In this document: positions 30,110-39,546 of the stretch, one piece after another
Numbering within the stretch: position 1 is the first letter of the stretch
Layout of the letters: each line of letters begins with the position of its first letter
Source of the DNA: a virus
Taxonomy: Duplodnaviria > Heunggongvirae > Uroviricota > Caudoviricetes
IMG/VR virus record: IMGVR_UViG_3300012346_000380
Coordinates: 128,001-192,000 of that record
DNA: 64,000 nt
Direction: 5' to 3' (one strand)
Made by a program: the position numbers and the translations under genes
The notes under the pieces: generated by a model
What the model was told of the DNA's origin: nothing
Seen by the model: only the letters and a program-made list of their open reading frames with translations
Database searches by the model: none

Positions 30110-33100
30110 TTATGACTCTGATTGAAACGTAATATCTAATGTTCCTGTTCCACTTGTTACACCACCTGTATTAATACCTGTTACTGCATTAAAAGTAACT
30201 GTTGCAAAACTAGCAGGCTGAACACACGAAAATGTAGATGCCGTTTTACCAGTAAATGGTATTGAAAATGTGTTTGCTCCATTCACAGCGTGCGTTTGCG
30301 GATTTAAAATTCTTTTACCTAACGGATGCGTGATAGTGATATTATTTCCAGAAATACTTGATCCCCAGCCTGAATTCCATGATGTTCCATTGTATAAAAC
30401 TCCAGTTGGTCCTGAAGCCGAAGCAATGCCTACAACACTACCTGCATTCATGTTCACTGTCATTTTATAAGATACTATAGTTCCAGTTGGCGCAGCGCCT
30501 GATACACCTGAAGAACCTGAAGTTCCATCAACACCAGATGTTCCGTTTTGTCCTGCAGCACCTTGAGCACCGTTAACACCTGAAGAACCAGATGTTCCAT
30601 TTTGACCGCTTGATCCAGAAGTTCCACTTAAACCTGAAGTTCCTGCAGCACCTTGAGCACCGTTAATACCAGATGTTCCATTAGCGCCTGCAGCGCCTTG
30701 AGCACCGTTAATACCAGATGTTCCATTTTGACCGCTTGATCCAGATGTTCCACTTAAACCTGAAGTTCCTGCAGCGCCTTGAGCTCCATTAATACCAGAT
30801 GTTCCATTTTGACCACTTGATCCAGAAGTTCCTGCAGCACCTTGAGCACCTACAGATCCTTGAGCTCCATTAATACCTGAAGTTCCGTTAGCACCTTGAG
30901 CACCTACAGCGCCTTGCGCTCCATTAATACCAGATGTTCCATTTTGACCAGATGCACCTTGAGCACCTGTGGCACCTTGAGCGCCATTAACGCCAGATGT
31001 TCCGTTTTGGCCAGATGCACCCTGTGCACCCACAGATCCTTGAGCACCGTTAATACCAGATGTTCCATCGATACCAGAAATACCACTTGTTCCATTTTCA
31101 CCTGCAGCACCTTGAGCACCGTCTTGACCATTAATACCAGATGTTCCATTTTCACCTGCAGCACCTTGTGCTCCATCAATACCAGAAGTTCCACTAATAC
31201 CAGAAGTTCCATTTTCACCTGAAGCACCTTGAGCTCCATCTAAACCAGAAGTTCCGCTAATTCCAGATGTTCCATCAATACCTGAAGTTCCATTTTCACC
31301 CGAAGCACCTTGCGCGCCATCTATACCTGAAGTTCCATCAATACCTGAAGTACCGCTAATTCCAGATGTTCCATTTTCACCCGCAGCACCTTGAGCGCCG
31401 TCTTGTCCATTAACACCCGAAGTTCCATTTTCACCTGAAGCACCTTGCGCACCATCTAAACCAGATGTTCCACTAATTCCAGATGTTCCATCGATACCCG
31501 AAGTTCCGTTTAAACCATCGATACCTGAAGTACCATTTATACCATCAATTCCAGATGTTCCATTTTCACCTGCAGCACCTTGAGCACCGTCTTGACCATT
31601 AATACCAGATGTTCCGTTTTCACCTGCAGCACCTTGAGCTCCATTAATACCAGAAGTTCCATCGATACCCGATGTTCCATTTTCACCTGCAGCACCTTGA
31701 GCACCGTCTTGACCATTAATACCAGATGTTCCATCGATACCTGATGTTCCGTTTTCACCTGCAGCGCCTTGAGCTCCATTAATTCCAGAAGTTCCATCGA
31801 TACCTGATGTTCCGTTTTCACCTGCAGCGCCTTGAGCTCCATTAATTCCAGAAGTTCCATCGATACCCGATGTTCCATTTTCACCTGAAGCACCTTGAGC
31901 TCCATCTAAACCAGAAGTTCCATTAATTCCAGAAGTTCCGTCGATACCAGAAGTTCCATTTTCACCTGCAGCACCTTGAGCACCGTCTTGTCCATTAATA
32001 CCTGATGTTCCATCAATTCCAGAAGTTCCGTTTTCACCTGAAGCTCCTTGTGCTCCATCAATACCTGAAGTTCCATCTTGACCATCAATTCCAGAAGTAC
32101 CATCTAAACCATCGATTCCAGATGTTCCATTTTGACCATCAATTCCAGATGTTCCATTTAAACCGTCAATACCTGAAGTACCACTAATTCCAGAAGTTCC
32201 ATCTAAACCATCAATGCCTGAAGTTCCTGTTAAACCAGAAGAACCTGAAGTTCCACTAGTTCCATTTATATTTCCAGTATTTGCAGATCCGTATGCATCT
32301 AAATTATAACTTATAGTTTGACCTATAGTCCAATTTGGAAATGTTAAAACTGGACTTTGCGATTTTGTTTCATATATTACATTAACTGCAATACCATCAC
32401 TGTCATTGTCTATACCACCGCCTGAAGTAATGTCTAATCTTTCCCAACTGTCTATTTTATAAACAGCATAATGATATGGCGTATTTACATTTACTAACGT
32501 GATTGTTCCAATAGCTCCGTCAGTATCAATTCTATTAATTAAGAAATTTTCTAAGATACCGTCTCTAACTTTATCAATATCTAAATTTCTAAATTTGATT
32601 GTAGTTACTAATTCTGGTTGTGCATTATCAAATGACATTTTACCAAAATTAGTTGGATTTGCACCATTTATATTTTCTACAGAATATCTAGAAACTGGTT
32701 GATCTTGTTTGCCATAAGTTGTTGTAGGTGTTCCACCTGTGCCACCAGTACCACCAGTACCGCCTGTTCCACCAGTACCACCTGTTCCATTTCCAGCACT
32801 TAAAGATGCAATTGCAAGTCTAGGTAAAATATAAGTTTTAGCTGTAGGATAATAATTGGTAAAAGTTAAAGCTACTTCAACAAACAAATCACCCGTTAAA
32901 ATAGTAGATGATTGGCTTTCAGTGATTGTAAAATTTAAATATCCGTGTGTTCCTTCGGCTGTAGTTCCAATAACTAATGGACTTGTAGTTCCAATAGATT
33001 GTGGATGTGAATACTGATATGTTTTTCTACCGACTGAATCGAATAGTGTGACTGTGATTGAGTCTGCTGTTGATAGATTTAATTGATTATTGATATAATC

Positions 33101-33199
33101 TTTAAAAACTACCAATTGAACGTCTTGCGCAGTGCCCTGTGAAAAATCTAACGGAGCGTCTATATACAATAAAACGTCATCTTTTGATACGTATGGCAT
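30110..33199 (-). CDS. Gly-X-Y (GTSGIDG/GAQGAAGENG) repeat fibre protein
   Basis: About 600 aa of Gly-triplet repeats between globular N- and C-terminal domains; late motif at 33226. Confidence 0.8.
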   Translation of the reverse strand: MPYVSKDDVLLYIDAPLDFSQGTAQDVQLVVFKDYINNQLNLSTADSITVTLFDSVGRKTYQYSHPQSIGTTSPLVIGTTAEGTHGYLNFTITESQSSTILTGDLFVEVALTFTNYYPTAKTYILPRLAIASLSAGNGTGGTGGTGGTGGTGGTGGTPTTTYGKQDQPVSRYSVENINGANPTNFGKMSFDNAQPELVTTIKFRNLDIDKVRDGILENFLINRIDTDGAIGTITLVNVNTPYHYAVYKIDSWERLDITSGGGIDNDSDGIAVNVIYETKSQSPVLTFPNWTIGQTISYNLDAYGSANTGNINGTSGTSGSSGLTGTSGIDGLDGTSGISGTSGIDGLNGTSGIDGQNGTSGIDGLDGTSGIDGQDGTSGIDGAQGASGENGTSGIDGTSGINGQDGAQGAAGENGTSGIDGTSGINGTSGLDGAQGASGENGTSGIDGTSGINGAQGAAGENGTSGIDGTSGINGAQGAAGENGTSGIDGTSGINGQDGAQGAAGENGTSGIDGTSGINGAQGAAGENGTSGINGQDGAQGAAGENGTSGIDGINGTSGIDGLNGTSGIDGTSGISGTSGLDGAQGASGENGTSGVNGQDGAQGAAGENGTSGISGTSGIDGTSGIDGAQGASGENGTSGIDGTSGISGTSGLDGAQGASGENGTSGISGTSGIDGAQGAAGENGTSGINGQDGAQGAAGENGTSGISGIDGTSGINGAQGSVGAQGASGQNGTSGVNGAQGATGAQGASGQNGTSGINGAQGAVGAQGANGTSGINGAQGSVGAQGAAGTSGSSGQNGTSGINGAQGAAGTSGLSGTSGSSGQNGTSGINGAQGAAGANGTSGINGAQGAAGTSGLSGTSGSSGQNGTSGSSGVNGAQGAAGQNGTSGVDGTSGSSGVSGAAPTGTIVSYKMTVNMNAGSVVGIASASGPTGVLYNGTSWNSGWGSSISGNNITITHPLGKRILNPQTHAVNGANTFSIPFTGKTASTFSCVQPASFATVTFNAVTGINTGGVTSGTGTLDITFQSES

Positions 33200-33224
33200 T
33201 ATGTGGATTTATTTTTTATTTGTT

Positions 33225-33920
33225 TTATATATCACCTTTTCTGATAGCATTAAAAACAACATACTTTAAAATAGGTAAAAGACAATTTTCAAGAGGCATT
33301 TCTCTTTTAACGTCGGCTCTAATACATTGAGTACCAGGATTTAAAACTGTAACCAGGCTTACGTTTTCGCTTAAAGTATGAAGATCATAATTTTCATTTA
33401 AATCATCAAATTCAAATTTTAAATTTTTCCAGTCTTCTTCTATTTTTGAAGGTCGGTTAAAATGGTATGTTAATACTTTTTTATCGTGAGTTATTACGTA
33501 TAAAATAGCGTCTGACCAAATTATTTTTTTAGTAGGAATTGCAGTTAAACTTATAGCGTTTGAGTTAATACGCCATTTATCTCTTAGAAATCGATATAAT
33601 TTTTCTAAGAGTTCAACACTTTCGTCTGAAAGATTTTCTATGATTTGTAGATATTCTGAATTTTCTGGATATTCATATAACAATGACATGTTATCCAAGT
33701 CTAGACCCTTCAAAACTTTCATTCTGTCGTCTAGTATGTTTTTTTCGTATTTGTATTTATATAAATCCTCTAATCTATTTTCTATTTCTATCAAAACATC
33801 ATACAGCTCGTCAGATTTTATCAACGCACTATATTTCTTAAGTGCTGATAAAAGCTTATACTTTTTGTGTTCGTAATCTATAGGTTCTGAGAATAACCAA
33901 TTTGAGTCTAATACATCCAT
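33225..33920 (-). CDS. Hypothetical protein
   Basis: NWL...IDYEHKKYKLL; start placed at the ATG after the late motif. Confidence 0.6.
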   Translation of the reverse strand: MDVLDSNWLFSEPIDYEHKKYKLLSALKKYSALIKSDELYDVLIEIENRLEDLYKYKYEKNILDDRMKVLKGLDLDNMSLLYEYPENSEYLQIIENLSDESVELLEKLYRFLRDKWRINSNAISLTAIPTKKIIWSDAILYVITHDKKVLTYHFNRPSKIEEDWKNLKFEFDDLNENYDLHTLSENVSLVTVLNPGTQCIRADVKREMPLENCLLPILKYVVFNAIRKGDI

Positions 33921-33945
33921 GTGGTATTTATCCACTCACGATCCA

Positions 33946-34551
33946 TTAAATAACTCTACTATAACCTATTTGTTGTTTTTCATAGTTATAATTTGACATA
34001 ATTTTATCCCAGTATTTTTGATATTTTGAATTTTCTGGTTTTAAAATATGTTTAGGTATTTCTACAAAGTATCTGCGAATAGCATCTACTTTTTCAAAGC
34101 TAAATTCTTCACCTTTGTTTTTGAATGCGAAATAAAAATATAATTGTCTTGTGGTACCTTCGAAAGAATCCATAACATTATTAACTTCGTCTAATTCTAT
34201 TTCGAATTCTTCAGACAAAGCTTTAGCTAGTTCAGATAAACAACTTAATTCTTCGCTTAAATGGTGTGATAAAATCTTCTCTCTGCGTTTATTATATTTT
34301 TTACGAACATAATTCAACATATCTTGTTGTGTTTCTTCAGAACATCTATTAAAATTAGGAGTAGCTTTAACTTCTTCCAATTCTGCTTCGTATACAACTT
34401 CTTCTAATTTACATTCTAAATGTAAATGGTTGAATTCAAAATCTCCAGCTTCTATGCGCTGAAGTAATGGGCTTAAACCCTTAAAATAGTATTGTTTCGG
34501 TAATTTGATAGGTGCATAAAAGCGTCTCCACCATGTAAAAGCTCTACTCAT
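33946..34551 (-). CDS. Hypothetical protein
   Basis: 201 aa ORF. Confidence 0.6.
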   Translation of the reverse strand: MSRAFTWWRRFYAPIKLPKQYYFKGLSPLLQRIEAGDFEFNHLHLECKLEEVVYEAELEEVKATPNFNRCSEETQQDMLNYVRKKYNKRREKILSHHLSEELSCLSELAKALSEEFEIELDEVNNVMDSFEGTTRQLYFYFAFKNKGEEFSFEKVDAIRRYFVEIPKHILKPENSKYQKYWDKIMSNYNYEKQQIGYSRVI

Positions 34552-34586
34552 ATTATTATATTATAATGTTATGTTATTATGTTATT

Positions 34587-34628
34587 ACAAATATACACAA
34601 AAAAGCCCAAACTAAAAAATCTGGGCTT
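34587..34628 (-). promoter_or_regulatory. Repeated stem-loop plus early promoter element, copy 3 of 4
   Basis: AAGCCCAGA-TTTTTTAG-TTTGGGCTT, T-tract, GTATATTTG. Confidence 0.75.
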
Positions 34629-34632
34629 ACTT

Positions 34633-34953
34633 TTATTTTCGTACTTTAACCTTTTCTTTATTAGGTTGAAATATTTTTAATTCGTTTCCTGTGTATTCTA
34701 ATGGATCTACTGTTAATCCCCATTGTAAAATAAACCAGCTTACTTCATTTTCCGCATTTTTAGAACTTAGTTTTAATTCTTGCATAATTCTACGTTTAGC
34801 ATATTCTGCAAATTCTGATTCAGCTGCTTTAGATGTTTTAAATTTAGTAAACCATTTAGGATCATCTATTACATCTTCGTATTTTTTACCGAATGGTTCT
34901 AATTGTTTATTGATGAGCTCTACGAAAAGCTCTCTTTGTTTATCTCTTCTCAT
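34633..34953 (-). CDS. Hypothetical protein
   Basis: 106 aa ORF. Confidence 0.6.
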   Translation of the reverse strand: MRRDKQRELFVELINKQLEPFGKKYEDVIDDPKWFTKFKTSKAAESEFAEYAKRRIMQELKLSSKNAENEVSWFILQWGLTVDPLEYTGNELKIFQPNKEKVKVRK

Positions 34954-34954
34954 T

Positions 34955-35164
34955 TTAGTTATTTAATAATTCAACTGGTTTAAGAATATCTGAATCTGTG
35001 AGATGGATAAATTTATTAATTTCTAAACTTACCATAACAGTATTGTGTTCTTGATTATTATAATATAATAATACAGTGTCTGGTTTAATTTCACTGTACC
35101 ATTCTAATTTTAGAATATTGTGATACTTTACAACATCTTCTGTATTAATATAAATATAAATCAT
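34955..35164 (-). CDS. Hypothetical protein
   Basis: 69 aa; translationally coupled to clpP. Confidence 0.5.
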   Translation of the reverse strand: MIYIYINTEDVVKYHNILKLEWYSEIKPDTVLLYYNNQEHNTVMVSLEINKFIHLTDSDILKPVELLNN

Positions 35165-35850
35165 TATTTTCTAGATTTTGGTTTAACTACTTTGTCAATA
35201 ATACCATATTTAACTGCATCTTCTGCGCTTAACCAAAAATCTCTAGTAGCGTCTTTCATTACAGTATCAGCTGTCTTACCACAATAAGATCCTAAAAGTT
35301 CAAATAGAATTTTGTTAACTTTTTGCCATTCTTTCCAGTCGATTTCTGCGTCTTGAATATTTCCGCTAAATCCACCTGAAGATTGGTGTAACATTGTTGT
35401 TGAAAATCTTAATGAACTTCTTTTACCTTTTGTTCCAGCACCCAATAAAACTGATCCCATTGAAGCTGCCATACCTGTATTTACAGTTGCAATATCAGCA
35501 TTGATATAATCCATAACATCAACCATTGATAGACCTGACTTAACAGAACCACCGGGGGAGTCAATGTGCATCGTAATATCTTCTTTACCTACAGAATCTA
35601 AAAACATTAATTGAGCTTGAACTACAGTTGACATATTGTCATTTACTGGACCAGCAACCCATAAAACTCTTTCCATCATTAATCTAGAAAAAATATCCAT
35701 TTGTACTGCACGTAGTTCACGTTCTTCTAAAATATATGGAGTCATCGATGCATTAACACCTTTTTGGAATGAATCTAAATTTGATGAAGATAATCCAAAT
35801 TCTGATTTAGCGTATCTTTGAAATTCTTGTTCTTTTGGAATGTATATCAT
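35164..35850 (-). CDS. clpP: ClpP protease proteolytic subunit (Bacteroidetes-like N-terminal extension)
   Basis: DIFSRL, SPGG, AASMG (Ser), MLHQ (His), RDFW (Asp). Confidence 0.95.
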   Translation of the reverse strand: MIYIPKEQEFQRYAKSEFGLSSSNLDSFQKGVNASMTPYILEERELRAVQMDIFSRLMMERVLWVAGPVNDNMSTVVQAQLMFLDSVGKEDITMHIDSPGGSVKSGLSMVDVMDYINADIATVNTGMAASMGSVLLGAGTKGKRSSLRFSTTMLHQSSGGFSGNIQDAEIDWKEWQKVNKILFELLGSYCGKTADTVMKDATRDFWLSAEDAVKYGIIDKVVKPKSRK

Positions 35851-35851
35851 T

Positions 35852-36160
35852 TTAAATATTTTGTTTAATTTGTTTAATCATGTCGCAAGTTTCATATTCT
35901 TCTAATCCTTCGAAATATTCCATTGCTTTACCTAGAGATTTTGACCAATTGTCACCTATATTCTCTAGTATTAAAGTACTTTTGTTATTATAATCATCTA
36001 TAATATAACACAGTACACTTTCTGTTTCAATCAACTCAATACGATTTAAAATATATTGAACTATTCTTCTATAAAACAGATCTACATCGTGCATGGCGTC
36101 GTGTACGTCTTCTATAGAATCATTAGATTGCTTGACCCTGAGAGTTGGTATGTTTGCCAT
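35852..36160 (-). CDS. Small protein with C-terminal UVR-like motif
   Basis: YFEGLEEYETCDMI; immediately upstream of clpP. Confidence 0.6.
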   Translation of the reverse strand: MANIPTLRVKQSNDSIEDVHDAMHDVDLFYRRIVQYILNRIELIETESVLCYIIDDYNNKSTLILENIGDNWSKSLGKAMEYFEGLEEYETCDMIKQIKQNI

Positions 36161-37028
36161 ATACTTTTATATTAAGATATTCTGATAATAACTCTCTGTA
36201 TTGTTCTTGCGTAGCATCTGATTCAACTAGAGTATTTACATTTTTAATAAAATCTAAACCTTTAACGCATGTTACTTGTTCTAATTTATTATTAACATGT
36301 TGGTGATAGTAGAATAATGGTTTTTTCAAGATCATTTCATATTGAATAGGTGCAGATCCATTAGATTTAATTTTGTCTGCTAATTCAAAATGATGTTGGT
36401 AGAAATGAATATTATCGGCGAAATGTGTGTATGTGCCTAATTCTAAATTTGTGTATGCTTCTTCTTTTAACCAAAGATACATGTGTTGGTGCACGAATGC
36501 AAAGAATGGTGCATCGAATGTAAGACCATAGAAAATATCGTTTGATCTCATTTGAACTTTCATATTCAATTTGTTATCTCTGATAAAGAAATTTAAGTAC
36601 ATTGTACAAACAAAATCTTTATTACCTTCAAATTGATATTTAGGTTGATTTAAGAATGCAATAGCCTGTCTTGTATTTTTATCTTTCTTTAAAGAATCCA
36701 AACACCATGCTAATTGATCATTGAATAATAAGGCACCGTAATTTGAATTGATTTCATTAGTACCTGGATTTGTAATGTTTTTCCAAAAATTAGAAAACTT
36801 ATTGATGTAATCGATATTGGTATCTTTTTGTAAGTACCAAGCTAATTCGCCAGCAAAATATTTAAAGTTAAATTTACGATCTTCGAAATTTGCAATAGGT
36901 CTAGTCGAATCTACGTCTATTTGGCCATAAATTAATTCTTTGACTTTAAGATCTCTAGGTTGTGATATCGAACCTTTGCGTTCGATATCACGTATTAAAG
37001 ATATAAATGTTTCTGAGAAGTTATTCAT
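36123..37028 (-). CDS. Thymidylate-synthase-fold enzyme, most similar to T4 gp42 dCMP hydroxymethylase
   Basis: ELAWY, EINSNYG, DFVCT, IRDNKLN, MRSND..GLTFD (Asp at the specificity position), HFYQHHF. Confidence 0.75.
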   Translation of the reverse strand: MNNFSETFISLIRDIERKGSISQPRDLKVKELIYGQIDVDSTRPIANFEDRKFNFKYFAGELAWYLQKDTNIDYINKFSNFWKNITNPGTNEINSNYGALLFNDQLAWCLDSLKKDKNTRQAIAFLNQPKYQFEGNKDFVCTMYLNFFIRDNKLNMKVQMRSNDIFYGLTFDAPFFAFVHQHMYLWLKEEAYTNLELGTYTHFADNIHFYQHHFELADKIKSNGSAPIQYEMILKKPLFYYHQHVNNKLEQVTCVKGLDFIKNVNTLVESDATQEQYRELLSEYLNIKVYGKHTNSQGQAI

Positions 37029-37066
37029 ATAATATTGTATTAATAATGTATTTTAATCTTATACTA

Positions 37067-39076
37067 CTATTTTAGAGAAAGTTTATCAGATCCTTTAATA
37101 TGATTGATTGTATAAACTTTATCTCCAACTTTCATTGTATTATCTAAAATATTATCTGACAATAAATCTTCTACATAATTTTGAATTGCTCTTTTAATTG
37201 GTCTAGCACCAAATTGTTGATCGTAACCGGCTTGAGCTAAAAACACTTTTGATTGCTTTGTAAATTTGATGTTATATCCTTGATCGTACATTCTTTCGAT
37301 AACATCCATCAATTCTAAATCTACGATTGCAATAACGTCCTCTTCTTTTAAATGATCGAATAGAATAATATCATCCATTCTATTTAAAAATTCAGGTGCA
37401 AATTTATTCTTAAGTTCTTTTCTAACGATAGCTTCAACTTTGGCTTTGTTTGTACCAATATTTGTATCACTATCAAATCCAATGCCTGTTCCAAATTCTG
37501 CCACTTTACGTGCACCAATATTAGACGTCATGATTATAATTGTATTAGTAAAATCTACAGTACGTCCTAAAGAATCTGTTAATCTACCATCGTCTAAAAC
37601 TTGCAATAAAGTATTAAATGTATCTGGGTGTGCTTTTTCAATTTCATCAAATAAAACAACAGAATATGGTTTACGTCTTACTGCTTCAGTTAATTGTCCA
37701 CCTTCTTCATAACCAACATAACCTGGAGGTGGTCCGACTAAACGAGATACGTTGAATTTTTCTTGGTATTCACTCATATCTAATCTGATCATAGCATCTT
37801 CAGAGCCATAATAATATCTTGCAAGAGCTTTAACTGTTTCAGTTTTACCAACACCAGTAGGTCCTAAAAACATGAATGACCCGATTGGTTTTCTAGAGCT
37901 AGAAACTCCAGTTCTAGATCTTCTAACAACTCTACATAAAGCATCTACAGCTTCGTCTTGTCCAATAATAAGTTTCTTTAATTCGTCTGCCATTTTCATG
38001 ATGATTTTCTTTTCATCACCATTTAATCTTGTTACAGGAATTCCAGTTATATCAGCTATAACTCCGGCTACATCTTCTTCAGTTACCTTTGTTTTTTTGT
38101 CTCTGATGTTTTGTTCCCACTCTTTGATTTTTGCATCAATTTCATTTTTCTTATTGATTTCAGCATCTCTGTAGAATGCAGCCTGTTCATAATCTTGTTT
38201 GGTTACAGCTTCTACTTTAGCTAATCTAGCATCATCAACTTCTTTTTCTAATTTCTTAACGAATTCAGGAACTTTGATTTCTTGCATGTGAATTTTTGCA
38301 CCAGCTTCATCCATAACATCGATAGCTTTGTCCGGTAATTCTCTTTGAGTAATATAACGTTCACTTAAATTAACACATGCATATAAAGCATCTTCTGTAT
38401 AAACTACAGCATGATGATCTTCATATTTGTCTTTGATTCTTTTTAAGATCTCAACAGTATCTTCACATGACGGTGGATCGATGAAAACTTCTTGGAAACG
38501 ACGCGTTAATGCTCCATCGCTTTCAATATTTTCTCTATATTCGTCTAGTGTAGTTGCACCGATACATTGTACTTGTCCACGTGCCAATGCTGGCTTAAGA
38601 ATATTAGAAGCATCTAAAGATCCTCCAGCTCCACCTGCACCAACTAAAGTATGAATCTCATCGATGAATAGAATAATATCAGTGTTGTCTTTTAATTCCT
38701 CAACAATATTTTTCATTCTCTCTTCAAATTCACCTCTGTATTTTGTACCTGCTACAATATTATTGATATTAAGTGAAATGATTCTTTTATTAAAAAGAGT
38801 TCTAGCTACTTTTTTATCTATAATTCTCTGAGCGATAGCTTCTACTAATGCGGTTTTACCAACACCCGGGTCCCCTAAAATAATAGGATTGTTTTTCTTT
38901 CTACGAGAAAGAATTTGACATATACGGTGTACTTCTTTTTCACGACCAATAATAGCATCTAATTTACCTTCTGATGCCATTTGTGTTAAGTCTTCGCCAA
39001 ATTGATCCAACAACGTAGTTGACTTTGGTTTCTTTTTATTGCCGCCTCTACCGAAACTTTCTTCAATGTTATCCAT
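37067..39076 (-). CDS. clpC: ClpC-type AAA+ unfoldase lacking the Clp_N domain
   Basis: GDPGVGKT and GPTGVGKT Walker A motifs, KYRG and GYVG pore loops, UVR M-domain QDYEQAA.YRD, IGF loop; start moved to MDNIEES. Confidence 0.92.
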   Translation of the reverse strand: MDNIEESFGRGGNKKKPKSTTLLDQFGEDLTQMASEGKLDAIIGREKEVHRICQILSRRKKNNPIILGDPGVGKTALVEAIAQRIIDKKVARTLFNKRIISLNINNIVAGTKYRGEFEERMKNIVEELKDNTDIILFIDEIHTLVGAGGAGGSLDASNILKPALARGQVQCIGATTLDEYRENIESDGALTRRFQEVFIDPPSCEDTVEILKRIKDKYEDHHAVVYTEDALYACVNLSERYITQRELPDKAIDVMDEAGAKIHMQEIKVPEFVKKLEKEVDDARLAKVEAVTKQDYEQAAFYRDAEINKKNEIDAKIKEWEQNIRDKKTKVTEEDVAGVIADITGIPVTRLNGDEKKIIMKMADELKKLIIGQDEAVDALCRVVRRSRTGVSSSRKPIGSFMFLGPTGVGKTETVKALARYYYGSEDAMIRLDMSEYQEKFNVSRLVGPPPGYVGYEEGGQLTEAVRRKPYSVVLFDEIEKAHPDTFNTLLQVLDDGRLTDSLGRTVDFTNTIIIMTSNIGARKVAEFGTGIGFDSDTNIGTNKAKVEAIVRKELKNKFAPEFLNRMDDIILFDHLKEEDVIAIVDLELMDVIERMYDQGYNIKFTKQSKVFLAQAGYDQQFGARPIKRAIQNYVEDLLSDNILDNTMKVGDKVYTINHIKGSDKLSLK

Positions 39077-39089
39077 TCTTATTTGTTTA

Positions 39090-39545
39090 TTATTTTGATA
39101 AATTATCTGCCGCATTCACAGCAGGCAAAAGGTCTGGTTTAATTCTTGGTTTTATTCCCATAGATTGTACATATCCAGTAGCTGCGGCAACTAATTTATT
39201 AGAAGCATGCTTTTCATTGCTATTTAGATCAAGATCTATGTTATGTATATTTATACCATTTTCGCGGAGATACATTGCTAGAGAAACTGATTTTTCAACT
39301 TCATTCCACAATTTTGTCCACATATCATTAATTCTGTCAATCTTTTCTCTTTGAAACAAGACATGACATCCAGCTTCTCCGATATGGATCACTACTGTTG
39401 TAACATAAGTTGTATATACGCCTTTATTATGAGAATCACATCCGATATAAATTCTTAAATTTGAATTTTTATTGTTCTTGATGTATTCTTTTAAATATGA
39501 TGCGATTTCAACTTTTTCATACCCTGTTAATTTTTGAAATAGCAT
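39090..39545 (-). CDS. RNase H-like YkuK/DUF458 protein
   Basis: IYIGCDS, EVEKS, DLD, AAD. Confidence 0.8.
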   Translation of the reverse strand: MLFQKLTGYEKVEIASYLKEYIKNNKNSNLRIYIGCDSHNKGVYTTYVTTVVIHIGEAGCHVLFQREKIDRINDMWTKLWNEVEKSVSLAMYLRENGINIHNIDLDLNSNEKHASNKLVAAATGYVQSMGIKPRIKPDLLPAVNAADNLSK

Positions 39546-39546
39546 C

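Noticed and set aside
36123-37028. Annotation as canonical thyA
   Set aside because: Asp at the specificity position and gp42-like motifs; gene symbol withheld
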